A DNA stretch of 64,000 nt from Bacteroidota bacterium (GTDB lineage: Bacteria; Bacteroidota; Bacteroidia; UBA7662): NCBI GenBank assembly GCA_005799065.1, contig SYHW01000060.1, positions 8,654-72,653 on the forward strand, given 5' to 3'. The notes beneath the pieces were generated by a model that saw nothing but the letters and a program-made list of their open reading frames with translations, made no database searches and was not told the origin of the DNA. The position numbers and the translations under genes were made by a program. Within the stretch, counting starts at the first letter, position 1. The number at the start of each line of letters is the position of its first letter. Positions 29,614 to 39,831 of the stretch are shown in pieces.

Positions 29614-29723
29614 CCCGCCAATACAACACCAGTACCCCGCCAATACAACACCAGTACCCCGCCAATACAACACCAGTACCCCGCCAATACAACACCAGTA
29701 CCCCGCCAATACAACACCAGTAC
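29614..29723. repeat. 22-bp perfect tandem repeat CCCGCCAATACAACACCAGTAC x5
   Basis: Units at 29614, 29636, 29658, 29680 and 29702; identical, no spacers. Confidence 0.97.
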
Positions 29724-29748
29724 CCTACCCACAACAAACCTATACCCA

Positions 29749-30582
29749 ATGAACCACGCGCATTTATCACATAGAATTCAAGAAAAGCAAAGTTTTCTGT
29801 GTGTGGGTCTGGATACCGATCCGCGTCGTTTGCCCGTAGGCATGCAGGCCAACGAACGAGATGTGCTGCGATTTAACCGGGATATCATTGAGGCGACACA
29901 GGCCTATGCGGTGGCCTATAAAATCAATATTGCATTTTATGAGGCCATGGGTCCGCAGGGTTGGGCCATATTACAGGAAACATTGCAATACATCCCAGAA
30001 GGGATCTTCACCATTGCAGATGCCAAAAGAGGCGATATAGGAAATACCGCTGAGCAGTACGCGCGTGCTTTTTTTGAGGTGATGAATTTTGACGCCATTA
30101 CCCTCAATGCGTATATGGGACACGATGCCGTTTCTCCTTTTCTGGCCTACCGCGATAAATGGGCGATTGTACTGGCCTTAACCACGAACCCCGGGGCCGC
30201 TGATTTTCAATACCGCACAGATGAGCAGGGCATCCCGCTATACCTTTCCATGGCACAGGCTGCAGCGGAATGGGGCAACCCGGATCAAATGATGCTTGTG
30301 GCTGGAGCCAATCGTACCGCTGAACTGTCTGAACTGAGGACGGCCATACCCCAGCACTTTTTCCTTATACCCGGTGTTGGGGCACAAGGAGGGAGCCTAA
30401 CGGATGTATATAACGCGGCAGCGGCATCAACGGGCCCATGTATGCTGGTGAATGCCTCTCGTTCCATCATCTTCGCCTCATCCGGACAAGATTACGCCAT
30501 GCGGGCAGGGGATGAGGCCTCCCGCTTGCAGTCCGAAATGTCGAGCCTTTTAAACTCAGGAACAGCTCCGTATATTGGCTGA
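29749..30582 (+). CDS. pyrF: Orotidine-5'-phosphate decarboxylase
   Basis: LCVGLD, IADAKRGDIGNT, LIPGVGAQGG and NASRSII motifs. Confidence 0.96.
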   Translation: MNHAHLSHRIQEKQSFLCVGLDTDPRRLPVGMQANERDVLRFNRDIIEATQAYAVAYKINIAFYEAMGPQGWAILQETLQYIPEGIFTIADAKRGDIGNTAEQYARAFFEVMNFDAITLNAYMGHDAVSPFLAYRDKWAIVLALTTNPGAADFQYRTDEQGIPLYLSMAQAAAEWGNPDQMMLVAGANRTAELSELRTAIPQHFFLIPGVGAQGGSLTDVYNAAAASTGPCMLVNASRSIIFASSGQDYAMRAGDEASRLQSEMSSLLNSGTAPYIG

Positions 30583-30612
30583 AATTTGCAGGACTATGAA
30601 AATTACAGGTTT

Positions 30613-32727
30613 ATGAAAATTAAGATCATTTTCGCCCTTTGTCTTCTTCCGATGATGAGCATGGCACAAAAATCGCCAGCAGGCGCTTCCATTCGATACC
30701 CCGAAACCCGAAAGTCCAACCAACGCGACACCCTACATGGTGTGGTGGTGGAGGATCCCTACCGATGGCTCGAGGATGATTTATCGGCCGAAACTGCCGA
30801 TTGGGTAGACCGTCAAAATAAAGTGACCAACAACTACCTCGCTCAGATCCCATACCGCAACTCCATCAAAGAGCGACTAACCAAGCTCTGGAACTACGAG
30901 AAATATTCGGCACCCTTTGTGCGTGGAGCCTATACCTATTTCTATAAAAATGACGGCCTGCAAAATCAATCGGTTCTTTACCGTCAGGTTGAAGGGGGAA
31001 AACCCGAGGTATTCCTCGATCCCAACCAGTTTTCTGCCACCGGAACGACCTCACTCGCCGGCATTAGCTTTACCGAAGACGGCAGTCTGTGTGCCTATCA
31101 GATCAGCGAAGGAGGAAGCGATTGGCGTAAAGTACTCGTGATGGATGTGGAAAGCCGTAAATTGTTGGGCGATACCTTATTCGATGTAAAATTCAGTGGG
31201 TTGTCTTGGAAGGGTAACGAGGGGTTCTATTATTCGAGCTACGATAAGCCTCTCGCTGGATCTGCCCTTTCCGCAAAAACGCAACAACACAAACTATACT
31301 ACCATAAATTGGAAAGTCCCCAAAAATCCGATCAACTGGTGTTTGGGGGAGATCAACAGCCCCGTCGCTACGTTGGTGGGTTCGTAACAGAAGACCAACA
31401 GTTTTTGGTGGTAACGGCCGCCAACGCCACTTATGGTAATGAATTGTATGTGCAGCGACTCGGACGCGAAGGGGAGGCCATGATGGTCATCGCCGACGAT
31501 ATGAAGCATGAACATGATGTGGTGCACAGCGAGGGGGAGTGGATTTATATTCTCACCAATCTCGATGCACCCAACCGCCGTTTGGTGCGCGCCCGGGCCG
31601 AAAGTCCAACCACCGACAGCTGGGAGACCCTCATTCCCGAAACCAAATATCCCCTGACTGTTTCACAAGCTGGGGGGTTCTTCTTCTGTCAATACCTCCG
31701 CGATGCGGTAAGCCAAGTTATTCAATGCGATATGGAGGGCAACCAGATCCGTGAGATTGAATTGCCCAGTATCGGCACAGCCTCGGGTTTCGATGGGCGC
31801 CGCAACGATAAAACCCTCTATTACAGCTTTACGTCCTATATTTTCCCGCCTACCATCTTTCAATATGCCATCAATGAAGGCAAGAGCTCGGTGTATAAAA
31901 AGAGTGGGGTGGATTTTGATCCATCGCTCTATGAAAGCCATCAAGTGTTCTACAATTCAAAGGATGGAACGCGAGTGCCCATGATCATCACCCATAAAAA
32001 GGGGCTCAAGCGCGACGGAACAAACCCAACCATGCTCTATGGATATGGGGGCTTCAACATTAGTCTCACACCTAGTTTTAGTACGTCGAATATTATTTTG
32101 CTCGAAAAAGGGGGCATCTATGCTGTGGCCAACCTACGCGGAGGGGGAGAATACGGTGACGCCTGGCATGATGCGGGCACCCAAATGCGCAAACAAAATG
32201 TTTTCGATGACTTCATCGCCGCCGGTGAATTTTTAATCAAGGAGGGCTACACCAACAGCAAGACATTGGCCATCGCAGGGGGGTCTAATGGTGGGTTGCT
32301 CGTGGGGGCCTGCATGACCCAACGGCCTGATCTGTTTCGTGTTTGTTTTCCTGCTGTAGGAGTACTCGATATGTTGCGCTATCACGTGTTCACCGCCGGC
32401 GCGGGCTGGGCCTATGATTACGGCAAAGCCGATGATGGCCCCGATATGTTTCGGTATCTACTCGGTTATTCACCTGTGCACAATGTGAAGAAGGGAACCG
32501 CCTATCCTGCCACCATGATCATGACGGCCGATCATGATGACCGGGTGGTACCCGCGCATAGCTTTAAATTTGCGGCCGCCCTTCAGGCCGGTCACACAGG
32601 CCCCAATCCGGTCCTGATTCGCATCGAAACCAAAGCAGGGCACGGGGCGGGCAAGCCAACCTCCATGATTATCGACGAGCAGGCCGACAAATGGTCATTT
32701 ATGTTCTTTCAGATGGACGGGAAGTAG
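30613..32727 (+). CDS. Prolyl oligopeptidase (S9A), secreted
   Basis: Signal peptide; DPYRWLED, YGYGGF, catalytic GGSNGG, DDRV and AGHG motifs. Confidence 0.95.
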   Translation: MKIKIIFALCLLPMMSMAQKSPAGASIRYPETRKSNQRDTLHGVVVEDPYRWLEDDLSAETADWVDRQNKVTNNYLAQIPYRNSIKERLTKLWNYEKYSAPFVRGAYTYFYKNDGLQNQSVLYRQVEGGKPEVFLDPNQFSATGTTSLAGISFTEDGSLCAYQISEGGSDWRKVLVMDVESRKLLGDTLFDVKFSGLSWKGNEGFYYSSYDKPLAGSALSAKTQQHKLYYHKLESPQKSDQLVFGGDQQPRRYVGGFVTEDQQFLVVTAANATYGNELYVQRLGREGEAMMVIADDMKHEHDVVHSEGEWIYILTNLDAPNRRLVRARAESPTTDSWETLIPETKYPLTVSQAGGFFFCQYLRDAVSQVIQCDMEGNQIREIELPSIGTASGFDGRRNDKTLYYSFTSYIFPPTIFQYAINEGKSSVYKKSGVDFDPSLYESHQVFYNSKDGTRVPMIITHKKGLKRDGTNPTMLYGYGGFNISLTPSFSTSNIILLEKGGIYAVANLRGGGEYGDAWHDAGTQMRKQNVFDDFIAAGEFLIKEGYTNSKTLAIAGGSNGGLLVGACMTQRPDLFRVCFPAVGVLDMLRYHVFTAGAGWAYDYGKADDGPDMFRYLLGYSPVHNVKKGTAYPATMIMTADHDDRVVPAHSFKFAAALQAGHTGPNPVLIRIETKAGHGAGKPTSMIIDEQADKWSFMFFQMDGK

Positions 32728-32790
32728 CGGTCGGCTTGTGTTTTTTGTCACTGTTGCTGTCTTAGCTTTCGCCCAATGGCCTCATGATCG

Positions 32791-35283
32791 CTAAAACTGA
32801 AGGCTGATGATCAGTTGAAGGTTTCGACCGGGTTCGGGCAACTGAATGAGTCGGTAGCGGCTTAGGTGGTTTAAATAATGGCGGTTGAGCAGATTCTGGG
32901 CTTGAAGCCGCAAAACCCACAAGCGGCCGTTGCCTAGAGGCCGCTGCCAGCCCGCCTGAAACTGAAGAAGATGATAGCCTGGTGTTGGCGCCTCATTGCG
33001 ATCGGTTCGTTTTTGCGCCGCCACCAAAATCCAGTCGATATTGAAAAATCCAGTGGATAATGGACGTGATTGGTCCATTTTCGAATGAGATCGGTTCATG
33101 ACCCGATTCAAGCTGAGCCATAGGCTGGAGGGAGGGCTCCAAGGAAGGGGTACACCCGTCGTCACATTTTGCATCCAAACATATTCCCCGACCGCAGTGA
33201 TTGTGTTCGAACGGCCTATTCGGTAGTCTAGCTGAAATTCAGCGCCCGAATGGATGACTCGTCCTTGCGAATACTTAAAAATTTGCCCCCCTTCAGGCAG
33301 AAAACTAAAATAGCCGGTGGGTCTAAGGTAGATGTAGCGTGAGAAATAATTGAAATAGGTTGAGCCCCTACAAGTCAAGCGACCTTGGTTCCATGTACCC
33401 CCCACATCGAATTGCCACCCCTGCTCGGGGCGCAGGCTGCTGTCGCCCTGCTCATGTCGAAAACTTCCGTGGTGCACACCATTGCTGGCCAATTCAGGCA
33501 GTCCGGGCAAGCGAAAGCTGTTCCCGAAATGCATGTTCAAGGCGTTCCCTTGCACATCAGACCAATTAATTCCTACCGAAGCTGTGGTGCTCATGTACTG
33601 CCTCCGTAATTCCGGTGCGCGCAGTCGATCCACAAACCCACTGTCCGTACGATAACGATCGATGTATGCCTGGCTGCTTTGTCTCGACATGTCTGTTCTC
33701 ATTCCGGTGCTCGCCTCCCAACCCCGCCCAATACGCACGTTTCGGATCAAGAAAAGCCCATATTGAGAGGCCGAATAGGCAGGGATCAGGAATTCGTAGC
33801 CCCCAATTCTGTTCTGTTGCAGTTGACCACTGCTGCCCATCATCAAACGGTTTTTTCCGTGTCGATGGGGTTGAAATCGGATGTTCCAGGAGGCCGTTCC
33901 GAGCCACATTCCGTGGTTCAGCTGCTGGTTGCTGTCGAGGTATCCCCGTCCGTGTGCATGCGGATTCGACAATTCCCGGCGGTCGTTGTACTGGCCCCCA
34001 AGATCCACTTCCCAATCGCCTAGAGCACTTTGTATTTCGGTATGCGAACCCAATCGATGGTGCACGATAAGTTGCTGCGGGCTTAGTACATCCCCGCGTT
34101 TAGGGTTCGGATCGAGTTTGTACTCGAGTGGACGGCCCAAAGCGCCCGGAAAGAAACCTATTTTCTGTCCGAACCGCTTATAAGTAAATTGGGTTCTGCC
34201 ACTTCCGAAGCTTTTTTGAAGCCCCAAGGCCATATGCACCTCACGTCCTGCTGTATTATCGAGACGGCTGCCTGGGAGGGGAATGCGAAACCGATTGTAG
34301 CTGAAGCTGTCGGCCGGAAGGCGATAATCGGAATAGTTGTGGGCCGTAGCGCGTATCGACCAGTTCCAGTTGCGACTTAAGACACCCTGAAGGGCCAGAT
34401 GTCCGCCGAAATGATCATTCACACTCCGACCGATCATACTCATACTGCCTTCCAGTTTGTCTAAGGGAACAATCGGCTTAGAAACGAGTTGAATAACCCC
34501 CGCCACAGCGTCGGATCCATAAAGCAAGCTCGAAGGCCCCTTCACAATGCGCACTTCTTCAATCTGGAAAGGATCCACTTCAAGCCCGTGATCGATGCCC
34601 CATTGTTGTCCTTCTTGCCGAATGTTTCCATCGGTGACGGCCACCCGATTAAAGGACATGCCCCGAATGACGGGTTTGGCGAGTCCAATCCCGGTCTGCA
34701 ATTGTGTGATTCCGGGAAGTCTTTCAAGGGCCTGCATCATCGTAATTCCACCCTGTCGGCGTAAATTTTCGAAACTCATCCGTTCAGTGGTTTGACCTAA
34801 TTGCCACGAACATTGTCCTGCATCCGCTTCAACCAAAACCTCACCCAATGTTAGGGATGAAGGTATCAGGATCATCAAGACCGTGTCTGAAGGCTTAAGC
34901 GGCTGTGTGATCGAAAGTCGATTTAGTTCATATCCCAGGTGGCGACCATATAGGTTGATGGGAAGCTGAGGGAAGGGCGAAATCCGAAATACGCCATTTT
35001 CATCGGTCAATGTCCCCACATCATTGCTGTCCAAATAAATCTCGACAGTCGACAGAGGGTGTCCCTTGGGATCCAATACCTTACCAACGAGGGTGTCATG
35101 CGGCGATTGCCCATAAACCCCATTCGGGATGAAAACGTACGCTAATGTGTAAACCCATAATGTGTAAACCCATATTGGATAAATCCTTGATGGGCAAACC
35201 CAAAACGGGCAAATCCCAAAACGGTAAGCACACAATTTGTCAACCCAATCACGGGCACTGAATATACCTTTCACCTGCAACAA
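32791..35283 (-). CDS. TonB-dependent receptor, probably metal uptake
   Basis: N-terminal CarboxypepD-like domain, plug KPVIRG...QEGQQWGIDHG...KGPSSLLYGSDA, His motifs PHAHG and NGVHHG, C-terminal GRN...QF. Start uncertain. Confidence 0.9.
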   Translation of the reverse strand: MLQVKGIFSARDWVDKLCAYRFGICPFWVCPSRIYPIWVYTLWVYTLAYVFIPNGVYGQSPHDTLVGKVLDPKGHPLSTVEIYLDSNDVGTLTDENGVFRISPFPQLPINLYGRHLGYELNRLSITQPLKPSDTVLMILIPSSLTLGEVLVEADAGQCSWQLGQTTERMSFENLRRQGGITMMQALERLPGITQLQTGIGLAKPVIRGMSFNRVAVTDGNIRQEGQQWGIDHGLEVDPFQIEEVRIVKGPSSLLYGSDAVAGVIQLVSKPIVPLDKLEGSMSMIGRSVNDHFGGHLALQGVLSRNWNWSIRATAHNYSDYRLPADSFSYNRFRIPLPGSRLDNTAGREVHMALGLQKSFGSGRTQFTYKRFGQKIGFFPGALGRPLEYKLDPNPKRGDVLSPQQLIVHHRLGSHTEIQSALGDWEVDLGGQYNDRRELSNPHAHGRGYLDSNQQLNHGMWLGTASWNIRFQPHRHGKNRLMMGSSGQLQQNRIGGYEFLIPAYSASQYGLFLIRNVRIGRGWEASTGMRTDMSRQSSQAYIDRYRTDSGFVDRLRAPELRRQYMSTTASVGINWSDVQGNALNMHFGNSFRLPGLPELASNGVHHGSFRHEQGDSSLRPEQGWQFDVGGTWNQGRLTCRGSTYFNYFSRYIYLRPTGYFSFLPEGGQIFKYSQGRVIHSGAEFQLDYRIGRSNTITAVGEYVWMQNVTTGVPLPWSPPSSLWLSLNRVMNRSHSKMDQSRPLSTGFFNIDWILVAAQKRTDRNEAPTPGYHLLQFQAGWQRPLGNGRLWVLRLQAQNLLNRHYLNHLSRYRLIQLPEPGRNLQLIISLQF

Positions 35284-35296
35284 AGTTGCAAATGTA
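35276..35296 (-). promoter_or_regulatory. -7 element (TACATTTG) overlapped by the palindromic operator TGCAAC-AAA-GTTGCA
   Basis: Perfect 6-3-6 inverted repeat at 35276-35290; -7 element at 35296-35289 on the minus strand. Confidence 0.7.
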
Positions 35297-35363
35297 AGAT
35301 AAATGAATCGTTCAATGAATGGATCTGATGATTAATGAAAAAAAAGCAACCGATTGAAGTAGT

Positions 35364-36638
35364 CTACAAGAGCATCCTGAGCGGCTCTTCGAGTAAATTC
35401 TTCAGCCGTTGCAGAAAGGCAGCGCCCGTGGCGCCATCTACCACCCTATGGTCACAACTCAGCGTAAGCTTCATCCGGTGGCTCACAACGATTTCACCAT
35501 TCCGAACAACAGCTTCCTCACGGATCGCGCCAACCGCTAAAATGCAGGCATCTGGCGGATTGATGATCGCGGTAAATGATTCAATGCCAAACATGCCCAG
35601 ATTAGAAATCGTGAAGGTGTTTCCCTCCCAATCGGAAGGCTGTAGCTTTTTCTGTCGTGCCCGATCAGCGAGTGATGCGGTTTCCTGAGCGATCTGGCTC
35701 AACGACTTTTGGTTAGCGAAGCGCACCACAGGAACCAATAAGCCATCCTCTACAGCCATGGCCACCCCCAAATGCACGTGTTTGTTGTAGCGAATGCTGT
35801 CGCCCTGCCAAGAAGCATTCACGGCCGGGTGGTGGGGTAGTGACATGGCCACAGCCTTCACTACCAGATCATTGAAGGATATCTTAACGCCCGAAAATTC
35901 GTTCAAGCGAGACCTTGATTCAACAGCGCGTCCCATATCGACCTCCATATTGAGGTAGAAATGAGGGGCTGTGAATTTGCTTTCAGCCAACCGACGTGCG
36001 ATGGTTTTGCGCATGGGACTGATCGACACCATTTCGAACGACTCCTGGCCTTCATAGGTAGTGGATGGGGACGCCAAAGAAGAAACGGCACTTTTTACTG
36101 CTGAGATCGACTCTAAATCGCGGCGTACAATTCGGCCACCATCGCCGCTGCCTCGAATGCCCGTTAGGTCGATTCCCCGCTCTTCAGCCATTTTTCGTGC
36201 GAGTGGACTTGCTTTTGTGCGCCCCATGCTCTGTTCGTCTGTCGCTTGAGCCAAATGGGCATTGTCGAGACTTGGTATGGCGGCATTCGTCGCAGACACG
36301 GGCGTTTCGACCACCACGCTGGATGCCTCAGGCCGTATATTTTTCTCGTCGGTGTTCGACGTTGGTCCCGAAGACGTAAGTAGTCCACTAATGTCTTCGC
36401 CCTCTTTACCCACAATGGCGATGATGGCGTCTACAGGAACACTACTGCCTTGAGGAACGCCTACATGCAGCAGAACCCCATTCACGAAATTTTCCAATTC
36501 CATGGTCGCCTTATCGGTTTCCACATCAGCCAAAATATCACCAGATCGAACAGGATCGCCCACTTTTTTGTGCCAAACAGCAATGACCCCTTCGGTCATG
36601 GTGTCGCTCATTTTCGGCATACGAAGTACTTCAGCCAT
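35364..36638 (-). CDS. pdhC: Pyruvate dehydrogenase E2, dihydrolipoamide acetyltransferase (one lipoyl domain)
   Basis: MPKMSDTMTEG, ETDKA lipoyl site, ASPLARK E3-binding domain, DHRVVDG active site; -7 TAATTTTG at 36663-36656. Confidence 0.93.
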   Translation of the reverse strand: MAEVLRMPKMSDTMTEGVIAVWHKKVGDPVRSGDILADVETDKATMELENFVNGVLLHVGVPQGSSVPVDAIIAIVGKEGEDISGLLTSSGPTSNTDEKNIRPEASSVVVETPVSATNAAIPSLDNAHLAQATDEQSMGRTKASPLARKMAEERGIDLTGIRGSGDGGRIVRRDLESISAVKSAVSSLASPSTTYEGQESFEMVSISPMRKTIARRLAESKFTAPHFYLNMEVDMGRAVESRSRLNEFSGVKISFNDLVVKAVAMSLPHHPAVNASWQGDSIRYNKHVHLGVAMAVEDGLLVPVVRFANQKSLSQIAQETASLADRARQKKLQPSDWEGNTFTISNLGMFGIESFTAIINPPDACILAVGAIREEAVVRNGEIVVSHRMKLTLSCDHRVVDGATGAAFLQRLKNLLEEPLRMLL

Positions 36639-36739
36639 AGTCTAAAAATTGGATGCAAAATTACGCGAGATTTTTCCATTGACCAACCACTGATCATTCA
36701 AATCATTTGAGAAAGCGATTTAAGTATATTTGTATGTTT

Positions 36740-38251
36740 ATGCCAACTCAAACCCCAAAGGAGGTGGATGCCAGCGCAACACCGATTCACGAGAATTTCC
36801 ATTCTAAGCCAAAACCGGGGATGGGTCAAAGGGTTGATCTACCGAAGCACCTAAACCCAGTGGATCAAGAATTTATCAATCTACTGAAGCACGAATTGGG
36901 TTCATCTTTTTTCGTGGAGGGTGATTTATCGCCATTCGGTCGCGACGAAACCGAGGATCTATTGTTTGTGCCCGACGTAGTGGTGCGCCCCCAGCATCCC
37001 GAACAGGTTGCCCAACTGTTGAAGTTGTGCCACCATCATCGAATCTCAGTAACTCCCAGGGGAGCCGGCACGGGTCTCAGCGGTGGTGCCCTCCCCGTTA
37101 CGGGCGGAGTCGTCCTTGATTTGAGTCGGATGAATCGAATATTAAACATCGATACAGACAATATGCAGGTAACCGTCGAACCCGGCTGCATCACCGAAGA
37201 AATCCAAAAAGCCGTAGCGAATCACGGCCTCTACTATCCTCCCGATCCCTCCAGTCGAGGCTCATGTACCATTGGAGGCAATATCGCCCATGGCGCCGGT
37301 GGCCCTCACGCTGTAAAATACGGCACAACGCGCGATTATGTTTTGAACCTGCAAGTGGCTTTAGCTTCAGGAGAACTCATTTGGACAGGCGCTTCCGTTC
37401 TCAAATATGCTACAGGCTACAACCTAACCCAGTTGATGGTAGGTAGTGAGGGCTCCCTCGGCGTAGTCACGCGCGCTGTACTTCGGCTCATCCCTCAACC
37501 CACCCATACCCTGCTCATGCTTCTGCCGTTTCCAAGTTTGGAATCGGCCTGTGCCGCTGTAACAGAGGTTTTCCGCCTCGGAATCACCCCTTCGGCACTC
37601 GAATTCATGGAACGTGATGCATTGGAATTGGTTTCAGCCTACCTAAATCGAGATATACACATACCCGATGTGGTTCAAGCCCATTTATTGATCGAGTTGG
37701 ATGGATCGAACATCGACCTTCTTCAGCAAGAGGCAGCCCATATTTTTGATGCCCTGCAGCACCGAACGGTGACAGAGATTCTCCTGGCCCAGACCGCTGG
37801 CGAACAACAGCAATTGTGGCAATTGAGGCGACAAGTAGCCCATGCCGTTCGGGCGGCCTCCGTATACAAAGAAGAGGATACGGTAGTTCCCCGGGCCGCA
37901 TTGCCTCAGCTCATTGGCAAGGTCAAAGAATTGGGAAATGAATTCGGCTTTAAAAGCGTATGCTATGGCCATGCAGGTGATGGTAATGTGCATGTTAACA
38001 TTCTAAAAGGTGATCTAAACGACGAACAATGGAATGGGGTGGTTCAAGAAGGTATCCGTGCGGTGTTTCGGGAAGTGGCAGCACTCGGCGGCACCTTATC
38101 TGGAGAGCATGGAGTAGGATGGGTTCAACAAACCTATATGCGCGATGTGGTTGGTGAAACACAACGGCAACTCATGCGGGGCATCAAAACCGTATTCGAT
38201 CCAAGGGGCATACTCAATCCCTGTAAAATTTTCTCCTCCCATGCAGAATAG
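36740..38251 (+). CDS. FAD-linked oxidase, GlcD / D-2-hydroxyacid dehydrogenase family
   Basis: PRGAGTGLSGG, YPPDPSS, KYGTTRDYV, GHAGDGNVH and SGEHGVG motifs. Confidence 0.9.
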   Translation: MPTQTPKEVDASATPIHENFHSKPKPGMGQRVDLPKHLNPVDQEFINLLKHELGSSFFVEGDLSPFGRDETEDLLFVPDVVVRPQHPEQVAQLLKLCHHHRISVTPRGAGTGLSGGALPVTGGVVLDLSRMNRILNIDTDNMQVTVEPGCITEEIQKAVANHGLYYPPDPSSRGSCTIGGNIAHGAGGPHAVKYGTTRDYVLNLQVALASGELIWTGASVLKYATGYNLTQLMVGSEGSLGVVTRAVLRLIPQPTHTLLMLLPFPSLESACAAVTEVFRLGITPSALEFMERDALELVSAYLNRDIHIPDVVQAHLLIELDGSNIDLLQQEAAHIFDALQHRTVTEILLAQTAGEQQQLWQLRRQVAHAVRAASVYKEEDTVVPRAALPQLIGKVKELGNEFGFKSVCYGHAGDGNVHVNILKGDLNDEQWNGVVQEGIRAVFREVAALGGTLSGEHGVGWVQQTYMRDVVGETQRQLMRGIKTVFDPRGILNPCKIFSSHAE

Positions 38252-39122
38252 GACCTTAAAATCGATAACATCATATATAGGCTTATGGGGCCTCCTGATG
38301 GCCTGTCATGTGCAAGCTCAGCCTGTCTTCGTCCCAGTTCTTCAACGCTCACCCGCTTATATGGGTCCCAATGCACTTCCTCTGAGCTGGACACAGGAGC
38401 CCGCACCCCCCAAATATGGTCGGATCGATTTGTTGTGGGAAGTTCACCGGGGTGGGGGCGACCGCACCCATAATCCATTTGTCATGATCCGAGTGCCCTT
38501 CGCACCAGGAAAGGTCGTGATGGACCTGACTTGGAGGCCAGTGGAGTGGTTCAAGACCACCAACGAAACCCGAATTCTGAGGGGATCGCGCGATTCAACG
38601 GGCTTCAATGCCTCCGATCTATGGGTTGCATTCCTGGCCAAAATACTTGCCGCTGAAGGACGCGGAAAAGGTTGGGATTTATCGCTCCATGTAGCCACAA
38701 AAACCACAGCCGGTAAGAACTTTGAAAGTGCCAGGCACACCAACGCACCGGGCTATTTGTTCGAATTGCAAGGCGGACGTGTTTGGAGTCGTCCGGGTCG
38801 TTTCCCCGACAGAATTTCGGTATTTGCACGCGGAGGATTGTTGGTGTGGCAGGAGTCACTCTATGCCCAAAATGATGCATTTTCCTGGGGGGTTCGCAGC
38901 CATTTTGGCTATAAAAGTTGGCAATTGGGCGCTGAGTTAACAGGCTATCAAGGATGGATTGGAAATGGGGATAGTCCGGTCGCTGCCCGCATCGACATGA
39001 AATCCCCAGGGCAACGCATGCAAGGAATAATTGGATACCAATATGCTTTTAGTGACTTATCCACCCACCTTTTTCGTGCGGGATTATCTTTCCCAATCCA
39101 TCCGCAGCCCAAATCGAATTGA
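38241..39122 (+). CDS. Hypothetical exported protein, probable outer-membrane beta-barrel
   Basis: Signal peptide ending VQA-Q; alternating amphipathic strands rich in W/Y/F/G. Confidence 0.6.
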   Translation: MQNRTLKSITSYIGLWGLLMACHVQAQPVFVPVLQRSPAYMGPNALPLSWTQEPAPPKYGRIDLLWEVHRGGGDRTHNPFVMIRVPFAPGKVVMDLTWRPVEWFKTTNETRILRGSRDSTGFNASDLWVAFLAKILAAEGRGKGWDLSLHVATKTTAGKNFESARHTNAPGYLFELQGGRVWSRPGRFPDRISVFARGGLLVWQESLYAQNDAFSWGVRSHFGYKSWQLGAELTGYQGWIGNGDSPVAARIDMKSPGQRMQGIIGYQYAFSDLSTHLFRAGLSFPIHPQPKSN

Positions 39123-39162
39123 ATATCGTGAACATGATCGTTTACTTTAATAGCACAAACCA

Positions 39163-39831
39163 ATGAGTTGGCAAAAGAAACAAGGTTTGACTTTGGTGAT
39201 CACGGGCCTGCTCATGGGTGCTGCAGTTTATGGCACTGATGTGTGGAAAAGCAAGCAGATGTTGGCACAGGTGTGTGCAAAGCCCATAGCAGAACCGGCA
39301 GGAAAGTGGGAGGACTGCTTGTCTAAGGTGAAGTTTTTAAAAAAAGGAACATTAACAGGGGTAGTTCTTATGTGCAGTGATCGAGCCATCAAGCCAGAAC
39401 ATATTCTGCCCAGAGATATACCTAAATCCATCAAGGTAATATGCCTCTACCCCGACTCTTTATCCATTCAGGCGATGGATCATTACAGCACGCAAGAACG
39501 CGCGTCATGGCCAACTGAGTGGCACAGACAATATCAATTGTATAAAAAATTAGAACGCCAACGCTTGTCGATAGCGCTCAACAGCAGTGGTGAACAGAGA
39601 ACCAAGGATGTGCACGCGGCACTTCTTCCGTTGGATTTACTCACACAGATGCGAACCCAGGCTTATCGCAGTTCGGTCGCTGGATTACTATTGGGCGAAT
39701 TTGCGCGGCAGTGTATCAGTCGAGAGGAATCGCACTGGTTATTGATATACGATGGCCTTTTGCATCAGGAAATTAAAGACAAATTCACCAAAAATCCCAG
39801 AATCCACTATGAAGAATGGGGTGATGAGTAG
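39163..39831 (+). CDS. Hypothetical protein with N-terminal membrane anchor or signal
   Basis: 222-aa ORF, hydrophobic N-terminus, stop overlaps the next start. Confidence 0.6.
   Translation: MSWQKKQGLTLVITGLLMGAAVYGTDVWKSKQMLAQVCAKPIAEPAGKWEDCLSKVKFLKKGTLTGVVLMCSDRAIKPEHILPRDIPKSIKVICLYPDSLSIQAMDHYSTQERASWPTEWHRQYQLYKKLERQRLSIALNSSGEQRTKDVHAALLPLDLLTQMRTQAYRSSVAGLLLGEFARQCISREESHWLLIYDGLLHQEIKDKFTKNPRIHYEEWGDE

Noticed and set aside
29614..29723. CRISPR array or plasmid origin
   Set aside because: No spacers, no cas or rep gene; flanked by chromosomal core genes.
29391..29770. Minus-strand ORFs with WRGTGVVLAGYWCC repeats
   Set aside because: Translation of the 22-bp array, overlapping mrp and pyrF antisense.
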